60,263 bases of DNA, taken from positions 1-60,263 of the forward strand of contig CANQZW010000005.1 of NCBI GenBank assembly GCA_947628435.1, in the 5' to 3' direction. This document shows, piece after piece, positions 58,595-60,263 of the stretch; within the stretch, counting starts at the first letter, position 1, and every line of letters starts with the position of its first letter. The translations under genes and the position numbers were made by a program. The stretch comes from an uncultured Bacilli bacterium. Lineage in GTDB: Bacteria > Bacillota_I > Bacilli_A > RF39 > UBA660. A model generated the notes under the pieces. The model did not search any database. It had not been told where the DNA came from and saw only the letters and a program-made list of their open reading frames with translations.

Positions 58595-60139
58595 ATGAAA
58601 AAAAAGTATTATATAACAACTGCAATAGCATATACATCAGGAAAACCACACATAGGAAATACTTATGAAATTGTTTTGGCAGATGCAATTGCAAGGTATA
58701 AAAGAATGAAAGGTTATGACGTATATTTTCAAACTGGTACTGATGAACATGGTGAAAAAATAGAGTTAAAAGCTAAAGAAAAAGGTGTAACACCTAAAGA
58801 GTTCGTTGATGATGTTTCTTTAGAAATAAAAAGAATATGGGATGTTATGAATACCTCATATGATAAATTTGTTAGAACAACTGATCCAAAACACGAAAGA
58901 ATCGTTCAGAAAATTTTTGATAAAATGTATGAAAAAGGAGATATTTATAAAGGCGAATATAAAGGGCTTTATTGCACTCCTTGTGAATCTTTTTGGACTC
59001 AGTCACAATTAGTTGATGGTAAGTGTCCAGATTGTGGCAGAGGTGTAGAAGAAAAAAAAGAGGAAGCTTACTTTTTTAAATTATCAAAATATCAAGATAA
59101 ATTAATTAATTATATTAATGAACATCCAAATTTTATTAAACCTGAATCAAGAAAAAACGAAATGTTAAATAACTTTATTAAACCTGGTTTACAAGATTTA
59201 TGTGTGTCAAGAACGTCTTTTGATTGGGGTATACCAGTTGACATAGATAAAAAACACGTTGTTTATGTTTGGCTTGATGCATTAACAAATTATATTACTA
59301 ACATAGGTTATGATCCTGATGGTTCAAGCGAAGAATTTAAGTATTGGTGGCCAGCTGATCTTCATTTAATAGGTAAGGATATAATACGTTTTCATACCAT
59401 TTACTGGCCTTGTTTTTTATGGAGTCTTGGATTAGAATTACCTAAAGAAGTATTTGGTCATCCATGGCTTTTAACCAATAGCGATAAAATGAGTAAGAGT
59501 AAGGGTAATACCATATACGCTGATGATTTAGTAGAATTATTTGGAGTAGATGCTGTAAGGTATTACGTACTTCATGAAATACCATACGCAAATGACGGGA
59601 ATTTAACTTACGAATTACTAATAGAAAGAACTAATACTGATTTAGCTAATACTTTAGGTAATTTAGTTAACAGAACAATATCAATGGCTAATAAATATTT
59701 TGATGGTGTTGTTAATAATACTAAAGTAAATGAAGAAATTGATAATGAATTAATTAACATGATTAATAAACTTGAGTCTAAAGTAGAAGAAAAAATGGAT
59801 AAATTAGAAATAGGTTTTGCGTTAGATGAGATATTTGATGTGTTAAGACGTAGCAATAAATATATTGATGAGACTATGCCTTGGGTACTTGCTAAAGAAG
59901 AAAATAAAAAAGAAAGATTACAAACTGTTTTATATAATTTGCTTGAATCAATAAGAGTTTGTGCTTACTTTTTAAGACCATTTTTAACTAATACTTCCAA
60001 TAATATATTTAAGCAATTAAATATAAATGATGAAAAACCTTCATTTAATAATGATAATTTGTATACTAATATGAAACCAGAAGTATTATTTGCAAGAATT
60101 GATAAAGATAAAATGTTAGAAGAAATAAATAAAGAATAA
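58595..60139 (+). CDS. metG: methionine--tRNA ligase (short form, no C-terminal tRNA-binding domain)
   Basis: AYTSGKPHIGN (HIGH class), zinc knuckles CTPCESF / CPDCGR, KMSKS. ATG 58595 lies about 8 nt after AAGGAGAG. Confidence 0.95.
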   Translation: MKKKYYITTAIAYTSGKPHIGNTYEIVLADAIARYKRMKGYDVYFQTGTDEHGEKIELKAKEKGVTPKEFVDDVSLEIKRIWDVMNTSYDKFVRTTDPKHERIVQKIFDKMYEKGDIYKGEYKGLYCTPCESFWTQSQLVDGKCPDCGRGVEEKKEEAYFFKLSKYQDKLINYINEHPNFIKPESRKNEMLNNFIKPGLQDLCVSRTSFDWGIPVDIDKKHVVYVWLDALTNYITNIGYDPDGSSEEFKYWWPADLHLIGKDIIRFHTIYWPCFLWSLGLELPKEVFGHPWLLTNSDKMSKSKGNTIYADDLVELFGVDAVRYYVLHEIPYANDGNLTYELLIERTNTDLANTLGNLVNRTISMANKYFDGVVNNTKVNEEIDNELINMINKLESKVEEKMDKLEIGFALDEIFDVLRRSNKYIDETMPWVLAKEENKKERLQTVLYNLLESIRVCAYFLRPFLTNTSNNIFKQLNINDEKPSFNNDNLYTNMKPEVLFARIDKDKMLEEINKE

Positions 60140-60167
60140 AGGATTAAATTAATCCTTTGTTTTTTTG
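60138..60167 (+). terminator. intrinsic terminator of metG
   Basis: AAGGATTA-AAT-TAATCCTT followed by TGTTTTTTT. Confidence 0.7.
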
Positions 60168-60263
60168 TTTGGTTTACATGATATTTTAGGTGAAGTAAAG
60201 TAAATGTTGGAAAAAAGAAAGAGAAAATACAAGTTATAAAATTAATTTGTATTTTTTTAAGAT

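Noticed and set aside
60217-60252. 11-aa basic micro-ORF MLEKRKRKYKL after metG, followed by a hairpin
   Set aside because: It is too short and lies at the window edge, with a poor SD distance (10 nt) and an AT-rich hairpin. There is not enough evidence for a peptide or leader.

Overview
Very AT-rich chromosomal window (GC not computed) from an endospore-forming Firmicute. Most of it is housekeeping and sporulation backbone in Bacillus-like order. Block 1: sigK, yqeG-yqeH, radC-mreC-mreD-spoIVFA-spoIVFB-rplU-prp-rpmA-trmB-obg. Block 2: sigG-ylmC, lspA-rluD, rnhC, trxA, murE, uvrC. Block 3: mutL-miaA, rpsT/gpr-spoIIP-yqxA, lepA-hemW-hrcA-grpE-dnaK-(pepF)-dnaJ, a P-type ATPase and metG. There are two T-box leaders (Trp, Met), a CIRCE operator and an L21-type leader. 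I found no rRNA, tRNA, CRISPR or prophage. Two accessory islands stand out. (1) 29.6-34.6 kb holds a GH25 muramidase lipoprotein and a tandem-duplication array of TasA/camelysin-like secreted protein genes (two intact, two decayed). Between these genes sit three near-identical copies of a cassette that looks like a type I toxin-antitoxin module. Each copy has a 26-aa hydrophobic peptide ORF with a buried SD, a roughly 30-bp 5'-3' RNA clamp, and a convergent near-consensus antisense promoter sharing a bidirectional terminator. The array ends at an internally deleted IS3-family element inserted in a terminator loop. This cassette is my top candidate for an undescribed system. (2) 41.0-45.7 kb holds trpS plus three monocistronic paralogues of a cytoplasmic 31-aa tandem-repeat protein family, inserted between yqxA and lepA. 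Smaller oddities: an orphan Flp-type pilin next to a DUF192 gene, followed by a candidate three-hairpin sRNA; an orphan type IV pilin translationally coupled to trxA; a WG-repeat/micro-ORF/sortase operon; and pepF inside the dnaK operon. All calls rest on motif recognition, synteny and manual folding, with no database search, so family names are from memory and start codons are best guesses from SD spacing.
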